From Eledone cirrhosa (lineage: Eukaryota), in the NCBI GenBank assembly GCA_964016885.1, contig OZ024762.1, forward strand, positions 6,324,001-6,388,000: a stretch of 64,000 bases of DNA, given 5' to 3'. The first letter of the stretch is position 1. Each line of letters starts with the position of its first letter. The notes beneath the pieces were generated by a model, which saw only the letters and a list, made by a program, of their open reading frames with translations, did no database searches and had not been told where the DNA came from. Positions 11,901 to 26,900 of this stretch are shown here, piece by piece. The translations under genes were made by a program, and so were the position numbers.

Positions 11901-14900
11901 ACTCTGATTGTTTTAATTAATTTTTAAAATAATTAATGATTTAATATTGTTGGATTGGTTTCTGGAGAGGACAGTGTGTTGTGTTCTTGAGCAAGTAGCT
12001 TCATTTCACAATCAACTGAAAATACTTACCAGTAACAAATGGCCAGAGGTGGGTCTTGTACAGTCAGTCAGTCACTTAACGCCAATGAAACAGAGATAAT
12101 GTCCAGCTTGATGTGCACCTGGCTTGGAACAAATTTTAATTTTTAACTTAATAAAATAACTAACTTCTTTCTTATAAATGTTGTGTTTGGAACATAACTT
12201 AAGAAGAGAGTCTTACATAAAATGATGGTAGGTTTAAAATTTGAATATGCATTTGATCTGTGTTGGTTCTGACGATGAATGTCTCAGTTGTTTGACCAAT
12301 GGAACAGCCTGCTTGTGAAATTAATTTGCAAGTGGCTGAGCATTCCACAAACACATGCACCCTTAAAGTAATCTTCAGGGTGATTCACCACAACAGTGTT
12401 TGACAAGGTTGATCCCTAGAATCATAAGTGCAACTCAGTTTTGCAGAATGGATTAGAGCAACATGAAATAAAGTGTCTTGCTCAAGGATACAGTGTGCCA
12501 TAGGGAGTCAAACACACACCCTTGAGATTGTGAGTTGAATACTCTAACTGCTAAACCACATGGCTCCACAAAATTTAAATATAAACACTTTAAAATGAAC
12601 AGTTATATATCCTAGAATTGGACTTGCTGATGTGAAAAGCTGGCTAAATCCTACCGATTACTAATCATTGAGTTTATATAAAGACACTTGTTATGAGAGA
12701 TGGAACAACTTCCAGGCTTTCACTTGCTAGTAAGGGTTAAACATAGGCAGTGTGATTCATTAAAAATATGGTAACGAAAGGAGTCTTGTTCACAAATAAA
12801 AAAAAAATGTTTTCTGTTTCTTTTCAGATGAAAACTGTCAGTGTTGCCTTGGTGTTATGTTTAAATGTAGGGGTAGACCCACCAGATGTAGTGAAGACCT
12901 CTCCTTGTGCCCGCCTTGAATGTTGGGTTGGTGAGTAACATCTCTCTCTTTTCTTATGCTAATTTGTAGTTTTATCTCTACTGTTGGTGATCTACATGAT
13001 AAATAGACCCAGTACCCTGTGTAAAGTTGTTGGTGATAAGAAGGGCATTCAGCGAGAAAAACTTTACCGAAAACTATGACCGGCACAGAATATAAGATTC
13101 ACATTAACTGCATATACAGGACTAACACTGATTATGTTAGTGCTGTACATGGTAATGGGGTGACTAATAGAGCCATGTCTGTGAACCCTTCGGCCATCAT
13201 CAATCAGTAGCAAACCCATGTTCCCTTCCAAGTACAGAGAGATACTGTTAAAAGATGGACCGAATCACTACTGTCAGGCTGCCACTCTCAATGTGGACAC
13301 ATTGAAAAGTAGATTTCATCATTTCATCATCATTTTTACGTCCGCTTTTCCCTGCTTGCAAGGATGGGACGGGAACTGATTCTGGCTTGATTTCTACAGC
13401 TGGATGCCCTTCCTAACACCAACCTCATTTACAGTGAGTGCTGGGTGCTTTTTTCCCGTGGCACCTCCACGACCACTTTGCAGTGGAATGATAGGGACCC
13501 CAGTCCCTATCATCTCATTTCTACAGCTGAGTAAACTGGAGCAATGTGAAATAAAGTGTCTTGCTCAAGGACACAACACATCACCCGGTCTGAGAATTGA
13601 ACTCACAGCGTTTCAATTGCAAGGCCAATGCTCTAACCACTAAGCCATGTGCTTCCATTTAGAGAAATTATTCAGGTATATAGGAGGAGACAAGTAGATA
13701 TATGCTGTAGGCAAGAGGTGAGATGGAGGCATGTCTCCACAAGGCTATGCTCTGGCAATGAGAATAACTATAAGCTTTTCTAGGGAAGAAATGGTGATTG
13801 GATAGTGGGAGGAGGTATTCTATTAGCTGAGAGATAGAGAAGATAATCAAGGTAAGTGACAGAATGATCAAGCTCAGAATAGTCTTAAGCAATAAAATGA
13901 TAATTATCTCTAGCTTTGCACTACAAACAGAACTGAGTGAAGAACAAAAGGCTGCTTCTATGAGGAACTCTTACAGATGACAGTTCTCATCATCCTAGCT
14001 GGCAACTTCAATGGATATATTGGGCAGCATCAGGATAGATATATAGGAGTACATGGTGGCTTTGCTTAAGGCCTCAGCAATAAAGAAGAGCGAAACTCCT
14101 AGAATTCTGTGATACATATGAATTATTTGCATCACTACAAGAAACCTGCTAGCTACCTGATCACCAAACAATCAGGCAAACACATAAGCCGTATTGATTT
14201 CTTACTTGTTAGAAAATGTGATAGGCAGATGGTTCATCATCATCATCATCATTTTACGTCCGCTTTTCCCTGCTTCCAAGGGTGGGACAGGTCCTCTTCA
14301 GCACAGCATCTCTCCATTCATCATGGTCCCTCATCATCTCTGTGAGCTTCAGCGATCTGAAGTCAGCTTTCACCACCTCCACCCATGATTTTTGTGGTTT
14401 TCCTCTACTGCGTCTTTCTTCCACTGGGATCCCTTGGCACTTCTTCACCCTGCAGTCACCTTCCATGCACATCACATGGCCATACCAAGTGGGCTGAGGA
14501 CCAAACCCTGATGAACTCCTACTTGTATCTGGAATTCCTCACTAAACTCCATTCCTACTCTCACTTTACTGACAGCACCTCTGTACATAGCTTGTACTGT
14601 CCTCACAAGCCATTCCTCTACACTTAGTTGCCTTAGGGACCACCAGATGACAGATCGGGGTACCCTATCAAAGCCCTTCTCTAGGTCAACAAACGCTTAG
14701 TATAGTCGCTTATTCTTCTCTAAGAACCTCTCTTGTGGTTGTCTCACTAAGAAGAGGGCACCTGTTGTACTTTTCCCAGGCAGAAAAACCAAACTGCATC
14801 TCATTTAATTTGACTCTTTCTCTAATTAGTTATGCTAGCACTCTTTCTGTCACTTTCAAACCTGATCCATCAGTTTTATGCCCCTATAATTGCTCCTCTC

Positions 14901-17900
14901 TAGAACCTCCTCTTTACCTTTGTAGCAATTTACAAGACTACTGCTGCACCAGTCTTTGGGTATGACACCACCATATATAGCCTGATTGACTATGCTAAGT
15001 CCATCCTTGGAGAATGCACCACACAACATAAGTTAGTTATTAGTGACATCAGAATAAACACAGGAAAATATGGAGAAGGAGAGTTTGGAAGCTAAAGGAC
15101 CTGACTGTTAAATATAGGTTTAGGAAAGCTCTATGTGATGTATATGAAGAGGAGGAGTAGGGTTTATATAGACTGACTAAGGGTGACCTGGTGATTGAAC
15201 AGCACAGTAGATAGAACCATTATGGCAAAGAGAGAAGCATGGAAAGACTAGGGGCTAAATGACAAGTATACATAGAGTGCAAAGAAGCTGAAAGCATGAG
15301 GATCAGAGACACCAGTGCATTTAGCATCACTCACTCCTAAAAGAGAGAGGCCTGGAAACCAACTAATGAAATTGACAGTTATAGGCTCAAAGAAGCAATC
15401 AGTCAAGTTCACGAAGGACCATGGCAAGAAGAGAAATGCTGTGTTGGGAAAGATCCAGCCAACCCATGCTAGCATAGAAAAACAGATGTAAAATCATCAT
15501 CATCATCATTTAAAGTCTATCTTCCACGCTAGCATGGGTTAGACAGGAATTGTCCCACTTGAGGCAAGATTGATCAGGTGACTGTGTCTTTTGCTCATAT
15601 AGGACTATTTCTGGCAGGTTTTGGCTGGATGCCTTTCCTAACACCAACCACATTTACAGTGTGGACTGGGAGCTTTTTACCATGTCTCCTACACGACCAC
15701 TTTACAGCATGGTCTGGGTGCTTTTTTGTTGTGACACCTACACAACCTCTTTAGTTTGGACTGGATGTTGTTGTACCAACATAACTTTACAGAGAAAGGT
15801 GTGGTGTTGGCGGGAGTGGAAGGATGGAGTAGGGGTAGTGGGTTGGGGTGTATATTTGGTTAGGAAGGGCCTACTCCTGTAGGTTAACTTTGCACGTAGG
15901 GAAGGCGGGTCTTCTGTAATACTGTGTAGCGCCAAAGGTCTCGATCGACATTGTCTTAGAGAGGTGAAAGTGTGCAAGGTTGGATTTTATCATGTCGTCC
16001 CAGGTTTTTCTGGGTCTATCTACTCCATAACTTCCATCAATTTTGGTCACCTGCACTTACAGCTGTCTTTCATGTTCATCACATGATCATACCAACGTAA
16101 TCTTCTCTCAAGTAAACAGCATCTGATACCTCTTATTCCTAATTTCTCTCTTAGTTCGTTTTGGTTTTGCCGTTCACGTAATTTACTATTACACATCCAA
16201 CGGAGCATGCATGCTTCGTTCTTTTCCAATCTGTGCAGGTCCTCTGCACACAATGCCCATATCTCACTGCCATGTAACATTGCTGTTCGTATACAAGCAT
16301 CATACAATCTGCTTTTCATTTTTAGAGAGAAACCTTTTGTGGCCAACAGCGGTATTAGCTCTCTGAACTTTTTCCATCCTGTTCTAACTCTGGCTACTGT
16401 ACTTTCAGAACACCCTCCACCACTGCTGATTTTGTCACCCAGGTAACGGAAAGTGTCCACTATTTCTATAGAACCATCTGGGCAGTAGAAGGAGCTAGTA
16501 TCCTGTGGGCACTTGCTACTTATTGCACCAGAGAATCGACCACATATAAAATCTACATTCTTAGATAGCTTACCTGTGATCCCACTACATCTTTTATGTA
16601 CCCATAGTTTGCATTTGGGACATAGAATGGAATTTTTACCTACTCCTTTCCTACACACTAAGCAAGGCCATTTCCCAGAGGGAACAAGTGCCCTATTTTC
16701 CTAAAATGTCAATGATAATGATAAGGATACACACTAGCATCGTACCGGTAAAAAATCAGGGGTTTATAGTAAATCTGTTGTATAATTCGAAATGCAAGAA
16801 CTTCAGGGGCTCATAGAAGGTAAAGAATTCAGGAATTTGTGATAGTGAGTGATAAAATATTCTCAATTGTTATCATATTCTGTATTTTTGTTTTTTGTTC
16901 ACATCTTGGGTAGTTAACAGAATTAATAAAATAATTTACCTTAAATATTTTAATATACGAGTGGGAAAAATATTCTGACTTCATAAAAAAGTTGTAAATA
17001 ATAACATTTAAAATATAATAGGGAATAACATTATGGAAACCTATAATATAATTGGATATATGAGAGGGATGAACACCGATATAAGTATACATGTGTTCCA
17101 ATTGCAAATGACCAAGTTAGCTAGGCTGGAAAAATACTAATTTAAAACAATATGGTTTACCTGACTCGATTTAAAGTAATAAATCAATAAAAATAACAAA
17201 CCTATATCAGGCAACAGCCTTTGATACCCAGACAGACATAAATCTGTTTCGCAAGAATTATTAAGTGAAAGCCACCATTCCTGTGCTCTTCTGTGGGTAT
17301 CCAGGAAAATTTGTACCTTTCACTTCAAAGGGTCTAAGAGGACTGAATGATATGCTGATATAAATGCACATGTCGCAGCGCCTAGCGCGTCTCCTAAAAA
17401 TAGCAGCTGGGTTTATGAGACTAGGGTTAGCTCTACATATGGCGCCGAATAGTAATTAATATATATATAAATTATGTAATGATATTATTATTATTATATA
17501 TATATATATATATATACATACACTGGTTAGGAAGGGCATCCAGCCGTAGAAAACAAGCCAGAATGAGTTCTGTATGAGCATGACACAGACAATGATTTGA
17601 CTTGTCCCACAACGGGACAACTCATCTAACCCTTGTTAACGTGGAAAATTGGATGTTAAACAGTAATGATGATCACGCACACACATAGAGCAAAAACAGT
17701 TATTAGATTTTTTTTCCTGTTGTTTTTTCCAGATCCTCTTTCTATGAGCCCTCCGAAAGCTCTAGAGACTATTGGGAATCGTCTCCATCAACAGTATGAT
17801 AGATGGCAACCACGTGCCCGTTACAAACAATCTCTTGACCCAACTGGGGATGAAGTGAAAAAACTGTGTACAACTATGAGAAGGAATGCTAAAGTAAGGG

Positions 17901-20900
17901 GACATTTTCTGTTTGTTTACCTGACGCTTAGCATAGAGCAGCTGCGACAGTGTAGAGTGTGTGACAGTGTAGGGTGTGCGGCAGTGTAGTGTGTGTGGCA
18001 GTGTAGTGTGTGTGGCAGTGTAGGGTGTGTGGATTGTGCGGCAGTGTAGGGTGTGTGGATTGTGCGGCAGTGTAGTGTGTAGTAGCATTGTGTGCATGTG
18101 GTAGTGCTGTGTGTGTGTAGTAGTGCTTTGTGTGTGTGTAGTAGTGCTTTGTGTATGTGGTAGTGCTTGGTTTGTGTGGCACTAGAGTAACTGTGACAAC
18201 AGTATGTGTGACTTTGGCTAGAGTCACTGAACTGTATCTGTAATTCAAAGGTCAGTATTGTCACTGTAACTTTGAATCTCCCTGCGGACTACATTTAAGG
18301 TTCATGTGTCTCTGGAATGCTCAGCCACTTACACTATAATACAAGATAGATTTGTAATTCAAAGGGCAAGATTTATCACACATTGTGCTATACTGAATCT
18401 CCCTGAGATAAAGGTACACTTGTCTGTGGAATACTCAGCCACTTACACTATACACTATAACACAACACAGACTATACGTGTAATTCAAAGGACCAACATT
18501 GTCACACTATGTCCTGCTGGATCTCCCTGAGAAATATTCTCAGCATTTAAATGTTAATTTCGGGTGGAGGCTGTTCTTTTGATTGAACAACTTTTAAAAG
18601 AAGATTGATTGACAAGATCCCGGTGTCCACTTACTGAGTTAGTGAAACTCATCAAATCAGACCAAGAAAACAATGTTTTTATTGTTTTTTTTCCAATTGC
18701 TGATACTATCTACTGGTCGCAACTCCTTTGTGCAAGTGATTTGTTCAAGGACATAACGCATCTCCTTTTCTGGGAATTGAACTCGCAATCGAGAGATTAT
18801 GAATCCAATTCTTTAACCACTAAGTCATGTGCCTTCACGAACAACTGTAACATTCGTCATTGAAAGGGTTGTAGATCCTTTCTTATTGTTTCAAACAATG
18901 TTTTTCTTAAAATTTCAGGATGAGAGAGTTCTGTTCCATTATAATGGACATGGTGTGCCGAAACCAACATCAAATGGAGAGATTTGGGTTTTTAACAAGG
19001 TAAGTGTAGAGTTTTTCTGGTAGTTGGTATTGTGGTAGTTGGTGTTGTATTGTTGTTGGTGTTGTTGTGGTAGTTGGTGTTGTAGTGTTGTTGGTGTTGT
19101 GGTAGTTGGTGTTGTAGTGTTGTTGGTGTTGTGGTGATTGTTGTGTTGTAGTGTGGAAAGCAAACTTAAAATAATAATGATGATGATGATGATTTGAAAT
19201 AGAATATATTGGCATTGTGACATTGCAGAATGGCTGTGTGGAAACTAATATTTCCAAAGTGTTTGAAATATCTGATATGTTTTTCTGTATTTGTCAGGGA
19301 TGGCCTTGCACCTTTTTAGTCCCCTAAGTACTTAAACGATTGTTGCTCCTCCATATATTCTTTCTTTCTTGTCTGTAACTCCTGATGGAGTAGCAGGAGC
19401 GCCACAGTGACATGCGACATTTCCAGGGCAATTTAAAACCTGGCGGAGCCTGTCTCCTCTCCACATCTGATCACTACCAATTTCTTTTAGAGAAAGAATT
19501 TGAGTGAGAAAGAGATATCGAGAAAGAATCAACACCTGTTCGAGACAAGTTCGTTTTTTTTTTATCGACCTCTAAAGGATGAAAAGCTAAGTTGACATTG
19601 GTGGGATTTGAACTCAGAGAACAGAGAGCTGGAACAAATACTACAAATCATCCTTAGTTGGGGTGGATGGCCATTGACTCTGAGGAGTTCATCTGCCCTA
19701 TTTATATGACAGGTCAGGCTTCTGTCTGCGACTGGTACCATGTAACCTAATACAACCTACTTCATGGTCAAGTGGTCAGTGACTAAACCGGCTTCCCCAC
19801 CAGACCCTGGTCTGGTCAGGTAAAGCTTTTGTTTGCAACAGGTACTATGTAAACTAGTACAACCTGCTTCATGGTCAAGTTGTCAGTGACTAAACTGGCT
19901 TCCCCATCAGACCCTGGTCTGGCGAGGAGGGTAAGTGGAACCCTAGCAGCACAAAAAAAAAAAGAGCTGTTAAAAGGATGGCTGAACTCCTCAGTCACTA
20001 GCCATCCACCCCAACTATGGGTTAAATAGCCTCAGCAACCCACAATTAAGCAAGTGTGGTGAATACAGCTTCACTCCTGACATGACTAAAACCAAACAGG
20101 AAGCAGTGGAGGTCAACCAAGGCAGAGTTCCTCCAATAGAAGAGAAAAGGGATTGGATACTATTGTGGTAGTGATGGTCTGTGTATTATTGGAGAGTATT
20201 CTCCCATATTGTCCAGGTACATACCAAGACTGTTAAAAGGGTAGATGATGCCCTTAACATGTATTTATTTTACTTCTTGGTTAATCAAACATTGGTTTTC
20301 TTTTTTCAGACTTATACGCAGTACATTCCTTTGTCCATCTATGATCTGCAGAGTTGGATGGGAAGTCCCTCCATCTATGTATACGACTGTTCCAATGCTG
20401 GGGTGATTGTGGAATCTTTTAAACAGTTCTCTGTCCAGAGAGAACAAGAGAGAGAGGTGAGTGTTACATCACTACTGCTGCTACTTTTTATAACAATCTG
20501 TCCACTCGTAAAATTGAAAAATAAAAGCTGCAGTTAATATCTTTAGACCGCAAGGGATATATAAATGCAAGTTTGAAGTCAATCGGAGTAGAAATGTGGA
20601 TTTGTATAGACTTTGCAAAAATGAGGACACACACACGCACAGACAGACAACTACAGTTTTATATATATGTATAGATCTTGCTAATGTGATTTCATGTGGT
20701 ACAGGATGTTAGTAGTTAATAATTCTTTCTCTCGTTGATTATTTACAGGCAATGATGAGTACCCATAATTCATCAGTGAGTGGAGAGATTGCTAGCAATT
20801 GCTCAGCATCCTCAGCCTCTAACCAAGCTTCTGTCAGCACCCCTGTATCAATGAGTAACTGTATCCAGTTAGCTGCCTGCAGTAAGGATGAGTTGTTACC

Positions 20901-23900
20901 TATGAATCCTGAACTACCAGCTGATGTCTTCACTTCCTGTCTCACCACCCCAATCAAAATGGCCCTCACATGGTAAGTTTAATCCTTTCATCACTGCCAG
21001 ACCCCATCTCTAATGCAGCTACTACTACTTTTTCTTCCTTTTCTTCTCTTATTCTTTTTCTTCCTCCTCTTATCCTTTTTCTTTTTCGCCCACTTATTCA
21101 TGGGAGGATCATGAGGGCAGAGTCTGCAAACATGCTTTCCCACCTTTCAACAGGTCTTGTTGAAAATAACTGTTTCCAATTGATCCGGTTGGATCCCCAA
21201 GTAAGACCAATGGAACTCATGGCTGTTATCCTACCATCTTGCTTGGTGTCTGTCCCTGGGTCTCCTTCATCTCTAATACTTAATAACTTAATGCATATCT
21301 TAATAATAGTTCTCATATAAAATAATTGTTTCTATTTTTGGCACAAGGCCAGCAATTACCCAGTACATTACTGGTACTTTATTTTATCGACCCTGTAAGG
21401 ATGAAAGGCAAAGTTAACCTCGGCGGGATTTGAACTCAGATCATAAAGGGACGTAACTCTATGCTTCAAAGCATGGCGTTCGTGAAACATAAGTATTACA
21501 TGTGTAAAGTTTGAAAACAGTTGGTTGGGTGCTTCTCTAGTTTTAGGGATTCAAACTCACACACACACACACACACACAGACAGACATCCTCAGTTTTAT
21601 ATATATAGATTATGTTGGCAGATTTTAATTTCAATAGGAACATTTAAAAGTGGGTGGTTTTGTTTCACAGAACCAGAGTTGGTTTTGGTTGGGCTGGTAA
21701 CAAAAGGGTTAATTGTTATTTATTTTCTATTTAGGTATGTTTCACAGGATTCTGGAAAACTTGTTTCAGGTGCCACTCAAGAACTCGTTGACAAGTGAGT
21801 AAAGGTTTATGAATTCCTGCTCTTGTTTCACTGTCTTGTCTAAAAAGATTTTACTTTTGTTTCATTGATTCTTTCCAACATGATTACTATTCATCATTTA
21901 ATGCCTGTGTTCCCTGCTAGCAAGGGTTGAACAGGTGTATTATATATTTAAAAAGTATTTTGGCATCCCTAGCAAGGCTGTAAAGCTAGTAAAATGCTAG
22001 GAGTTACCAAGAAGGGAGAAGGGAAAGACAGAACATAATAATAATAATAATAATTGTTTCTACTTTTGGCACAAGACCAGCAATTACCCAGTACATTACT
22101 GGTACTTTATTTTATCGACCCCGTAAGGTTGAAAGGCAAAGTTGACCTCGGCGGGATATGAACTCAGAATGGAAAGGGCCGTAACTCTATGTGTCAAATG
22201 TTAATAATAATAATTGTTTCTACTTTTGGCACAAGGCCAGCAATTACCCAGTACATTACTGGTACTTTATTTTATCGACCCCGTAAGGATGAAAGGCAAA
22301 GTTGACCTCGGTGGGATTTGAACTGAGAACGTAAAGGGCATGGTTTCTTTATTGGCCACAAGGGCTAACATGAAGAAAAATATTACAGATGGCACAGGAC
22401 GATAAAAAGTGGGTTTTGGCCGTGTAAAAAGGTTATAACAAGAAAATAGAAATGTGTAAAAACAAATTAAATGTTCAACATAGCCCCACAAGTCAGCAAT
22501 GCTCGGGCACTGAACGGTTTCGTCGCCCTGCACACATCTCGGACAGGCTCGGCTGACAGTACCTCCGTGCCTGTAGAGCTAAAATACAGATCCATATGAG
22601 CATGACGTCGTTACGGAACCGGACTTGTCATAACGTGAAGACCCATCTTACTCATGCCAGCGTAGAAAATGGATGTTAAACAATGATGAATGCTGTACAC
22701 ATGGCTGTTTATCCTTTTCTTGTTTCTCTTGTAGAATACCAGGACAGTTGAATGATCGACGGACAATGTTGGGTGAATTAAACTGGATTTTTACTGCTAT
22801 TACAGACACCATTGCTTGGAATACACTTCCAAGAGGTGAGTCTTTATCCCACACTGTCTAAAACCCTTTCTCTCATAAACTCTCCCTCCTTCTCTCTTAA
22901 ACTTTGTCTCTCTCAAACTCTCTCTCTCAAATTCTCTTTATTAAATGCTCTCTCCCTCTCTTTAACACTCCCCCTCTCACAAACTCACTCTCTCTCTCTC
23001 TAACACTTTCTATGATTTTCTCTATTCCTCTCATTTACAGTTTCACCCCTCCCCCTTTCATCACATTTATTACTTCCTTCTATGATCAATACAATGTTTC
23101 ATATAGTGGACATTTATGTTTCTCCCGAGGAATATCACTTATGCCCATTGTTGCCAAGATCTACATCAAGCTAATCCTCGACCATATAGTTCTGTATGTT
23201 GATCCAATCCTTCGCATGTTTCTGGTTCTCAAAGAAAACTATCCATTATAAAGGGATCCTATTTAAATTTAAATTTTCCAACATAATTTGATATAAGAAC
23301 TTTTAGTTAAATTATGTTACAAATACAATAATATTGAAAAAACAATGGAAACATAGTTTCTATGGGACAACAGATGTTATCAACAATGGAAAGACCAATG
23401 GAAACATAAGTTTCCATGGTACAACAGATGGTATCATCAACATAGTCTTTTCAATTTAATCTGACTATTGGCTACTTTGCTTTTTCCTTCCTATTAATAA
23501 ATTTGTTTATATTCAAAGGCATGAATGTCACAGAATCTGAATATCTATAAATTTGAAAATGTAACAAAAGTTATTTTGTGGAGAAATTATTAATATTTTT
23601 CCTATTATCTTCTTTTTTTTAGAATTGTTTCAAAAGCTATTTAGGCAAGATTTATTGGTTGCCAGTCTTTTTCGCAACTTTCTGCTGGCAGAAAGAATCA
23701 TGCGATCCTACAACTGTACGCCAGTGTCCAGTCCACATCTGCCTCCTACATATCAGCACCGAATGTGGTGAGCTGCCATTTTTATGTTTACTTATTGTGT
23801 ACTGTGTCATCAATTAGCATAGCCATCTATCATATTATGTCATACCTGTGTGAGTATATACGGTCATGTACCAGTGTATGTATATATTGTTTCATGTGCC

Positions 23901-26900
23901 AATGTATCTATATATTACTATTACTGTCGTGTATCAATGTAGGTTTATATTACTGTTGTGTACCAATGTATGTATATATATCACTGTCATGTGCTGATGT
24001 ATGTATATATTACTATTACTGTCATGTACCAATGTAGGTATATACAGGGTGCGGACGATATTTGTTCGCAAGATTACTGTCTAGGAAAAAACAAGTTTTA
24101 TTTTTTAAGATATATTTATCAAACTTGAGTCGGTTTGTCTTCATGACTTGTTCTTTCGATCTCACTCGATGAACCTGCCATTGGCTTTGATGACGGCCTC
24201 AAGGCGGCCTCGGAACCGGCTACAGGCCTTTGTCACTGTCCTCCCCCCGACTTAGGCCCCTAAAGGCACTTGTGATCCTGGCCTTCAGATCATCTTTCAT
24301 ATTGCAGCTAGATCTGTTGGTGTCTCGTGCCACTGCGCCCCACACAAAGAAGTAAAGGGGGTTGCAGTCAGGCAAGTTGGAAGGCCAGATGTCAGGTGAA
24401 GTGTGGTCAACGAAGTTCTCTGACAGCCAGGCTTGGGTCTTTCGGCTGGTATGGCAGGGCGCTGAGTCTTGCTGCCATACGTACGGCCTACCTGGTTGAT
24501 CCAGGGCTTTACTACCTCGCTCAGAACTTGGATGTAGCCATCGGTGTTCAGCTGGAGGCCCTCAGGGAAGAAGTGAGGTGGCATGACGTCACCTTGACTG
24601 CTGACGACACCTAAGACCAATGTTGTCGCTGGAAACTTTGTCTGCATGACTCTGGGCACATCTTTGGATGAGACAGCGAGCCACCTGTTGTTCTGTGAGT
24701 TGATCTTCTGGTCCTTATTTGTCCTCCCGGTGCGGATTCCAAGAAGAACTATGTGTCTCTTCCACAAATTTGGAGGTTCAAAATTATTCATAATCAATTA
24801 TTCTGAAAAAAAATAATGGAAATACAGTCACTATTTTTATGAAGACAAGAGTGACAACGGAAGTAAAAAAAATTTGCATAAAATTAGCAGTTGAAAATTG
24901 CGAACAAATATCGTCCACACCCTGGATATATGTATGCATATATATATTTCTGTATACATACATATATATATCAGTCATGTGCCAATTAAGCTATACAATG
25001 CCGTGCTATGTACCAAAGTAGTTGATGACGACTAATGTAATGCAAAGGAAATAGTGATGACGATGTGGATGACAGTGATGATGATGATGATATTCTAGAT
25101 GTATGGTGATGGTATGAGGAGGGATGGCAGTGTAATGAGGATATTCGTGGTGGTAATAGTGGTGATGTTACGAGGATGGTGGTGGCGGTGGTGATGTTTC
25201 GAAGATGATGGCGATGTTATGAAGATGATGGTGACGTTATTATGAAGATGGTGGTGTCGGTGATGATCATGATGATGACCTCTTCCAACCTAAATGACAT
25301 GATGAGATTTTATGCCACTTTTCTTGTTCTTTCTGTGAAGGGCTGCCTGGGATTTTGCTCTGGACATGTGTCTACGTCAACTGTCCAAGATAGTGGACAG
25401 CGATGGCACACAATTTGACCACAGCACTTTCTTTGCACAACAGCTAACAGCATTCCAAGTTTGGTTAACGTATGGTTCTGAGACGCGGAATCCACCTGAA
25501 CAGTTACCAATTGTATTACAGGTAATAACACGATATATTATTACAATATAGGGTACATTTTAATAATTATATTACAGGTAATAACACGATATATTATTAC
25601 AATATAGGGTACATTTTAATAATTATATTACAGGTAATAACACGATATATTATTACAATATAGGGTACATTTTAATAATTATATTACAGGTAATAACACG
25701 ATATATTATTACAATATAGGGTACATTTTAATAATTATATTACAGGTAATATTACATGATATATTATTTCAATATAGGGTACATTTTAATAATTATATTA
25801 CAGGTAATATTACATGATATATTATTTCAATATAGGGTACATTTTAATAATTATATTACAGGTAATATTACATGATATATTATTACAATATAGGGTACAT
25901 TTTAATAATTATATTACAGGTAATAACACGATATATTATTACAATATAGGGTACATTTTAATAATTATATTACAGGTAATAACACGATATATTATTACAA
26001 TATAGGGTACATTTTAATAATTATATTACAGGTAATAACACGATATATTATTACAATATAGGGTACATTTTAATAATTATATTACAGGTAATAACACGAT
26101 ATATTATTACAATATAGGGTACATTTTAATAATTATATTACAGGTAATATCACATGATATATTATTTCAATATAGGGTACATTTTAATAATTATATTACA
26201 GGTAATATCACATGATATATTATTTCAATATAGGGTACATTTTAATAATTGTATTACAGGTAATATTACATAATATTTTATAATATACACTATGCCCCCA
26301 CACCCTCCCAATGCAAGGTGGACGTGGAGGTGCCACGGCAAAAAAGCACCCAGCCCACACTGTAAATGAGGTTGGTGTTAGGAAGGGCATCCAGCTGTAG
26401 AAATCAAGCCAGAATCAGTTCTTGTATGAGCAAGACAAGGTCAGCTGACCGGACATTGCCCACAACAGGACAACCCGTCTCACTCCTGTTGGAGAAACGC
26501 CTCCCTCGTTGACCTCCACCACTTTCTATTTGGTTTTGGTCATATTTTTAGGGTGTGTAGCTGTATTACTGGTAATATCACATGGTGTATTATTACAATA
26601 TTTTATTACTGGTAATATCACATGGTGTATTATTACAATATTTTATTACTGGTAATATCATACAATGAAACATTATTATAATATAGGATATATATATATG
26701 GGCGGTGGATTGGCAGTATCGGTAGAGGGTCGAACGCCATGTTTTGAGGTAAAGAGTTACGGCCCTTTATGGTCTGGTTTCAAACCCCGCCGAGGTTAAC
26801 TTTGCCTTTCATCCTTACAGGGTCGATAAAATAAAGTACCAGTAATACACTGGGATAATTGCTGGCCTTGTGCCAAAAGTAGAAACAATTACAGGTAATG

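Noticed and set aside
18919-20400. Retained His (HYNGHG) and Cys (YDCS) of the caspase-like RNC domain
   Set aside because: Well known, general feature of Raptor
26700-26790. tRNA-like A and B boxes
   Set aside because: SINE head; does not form a cloverleaf
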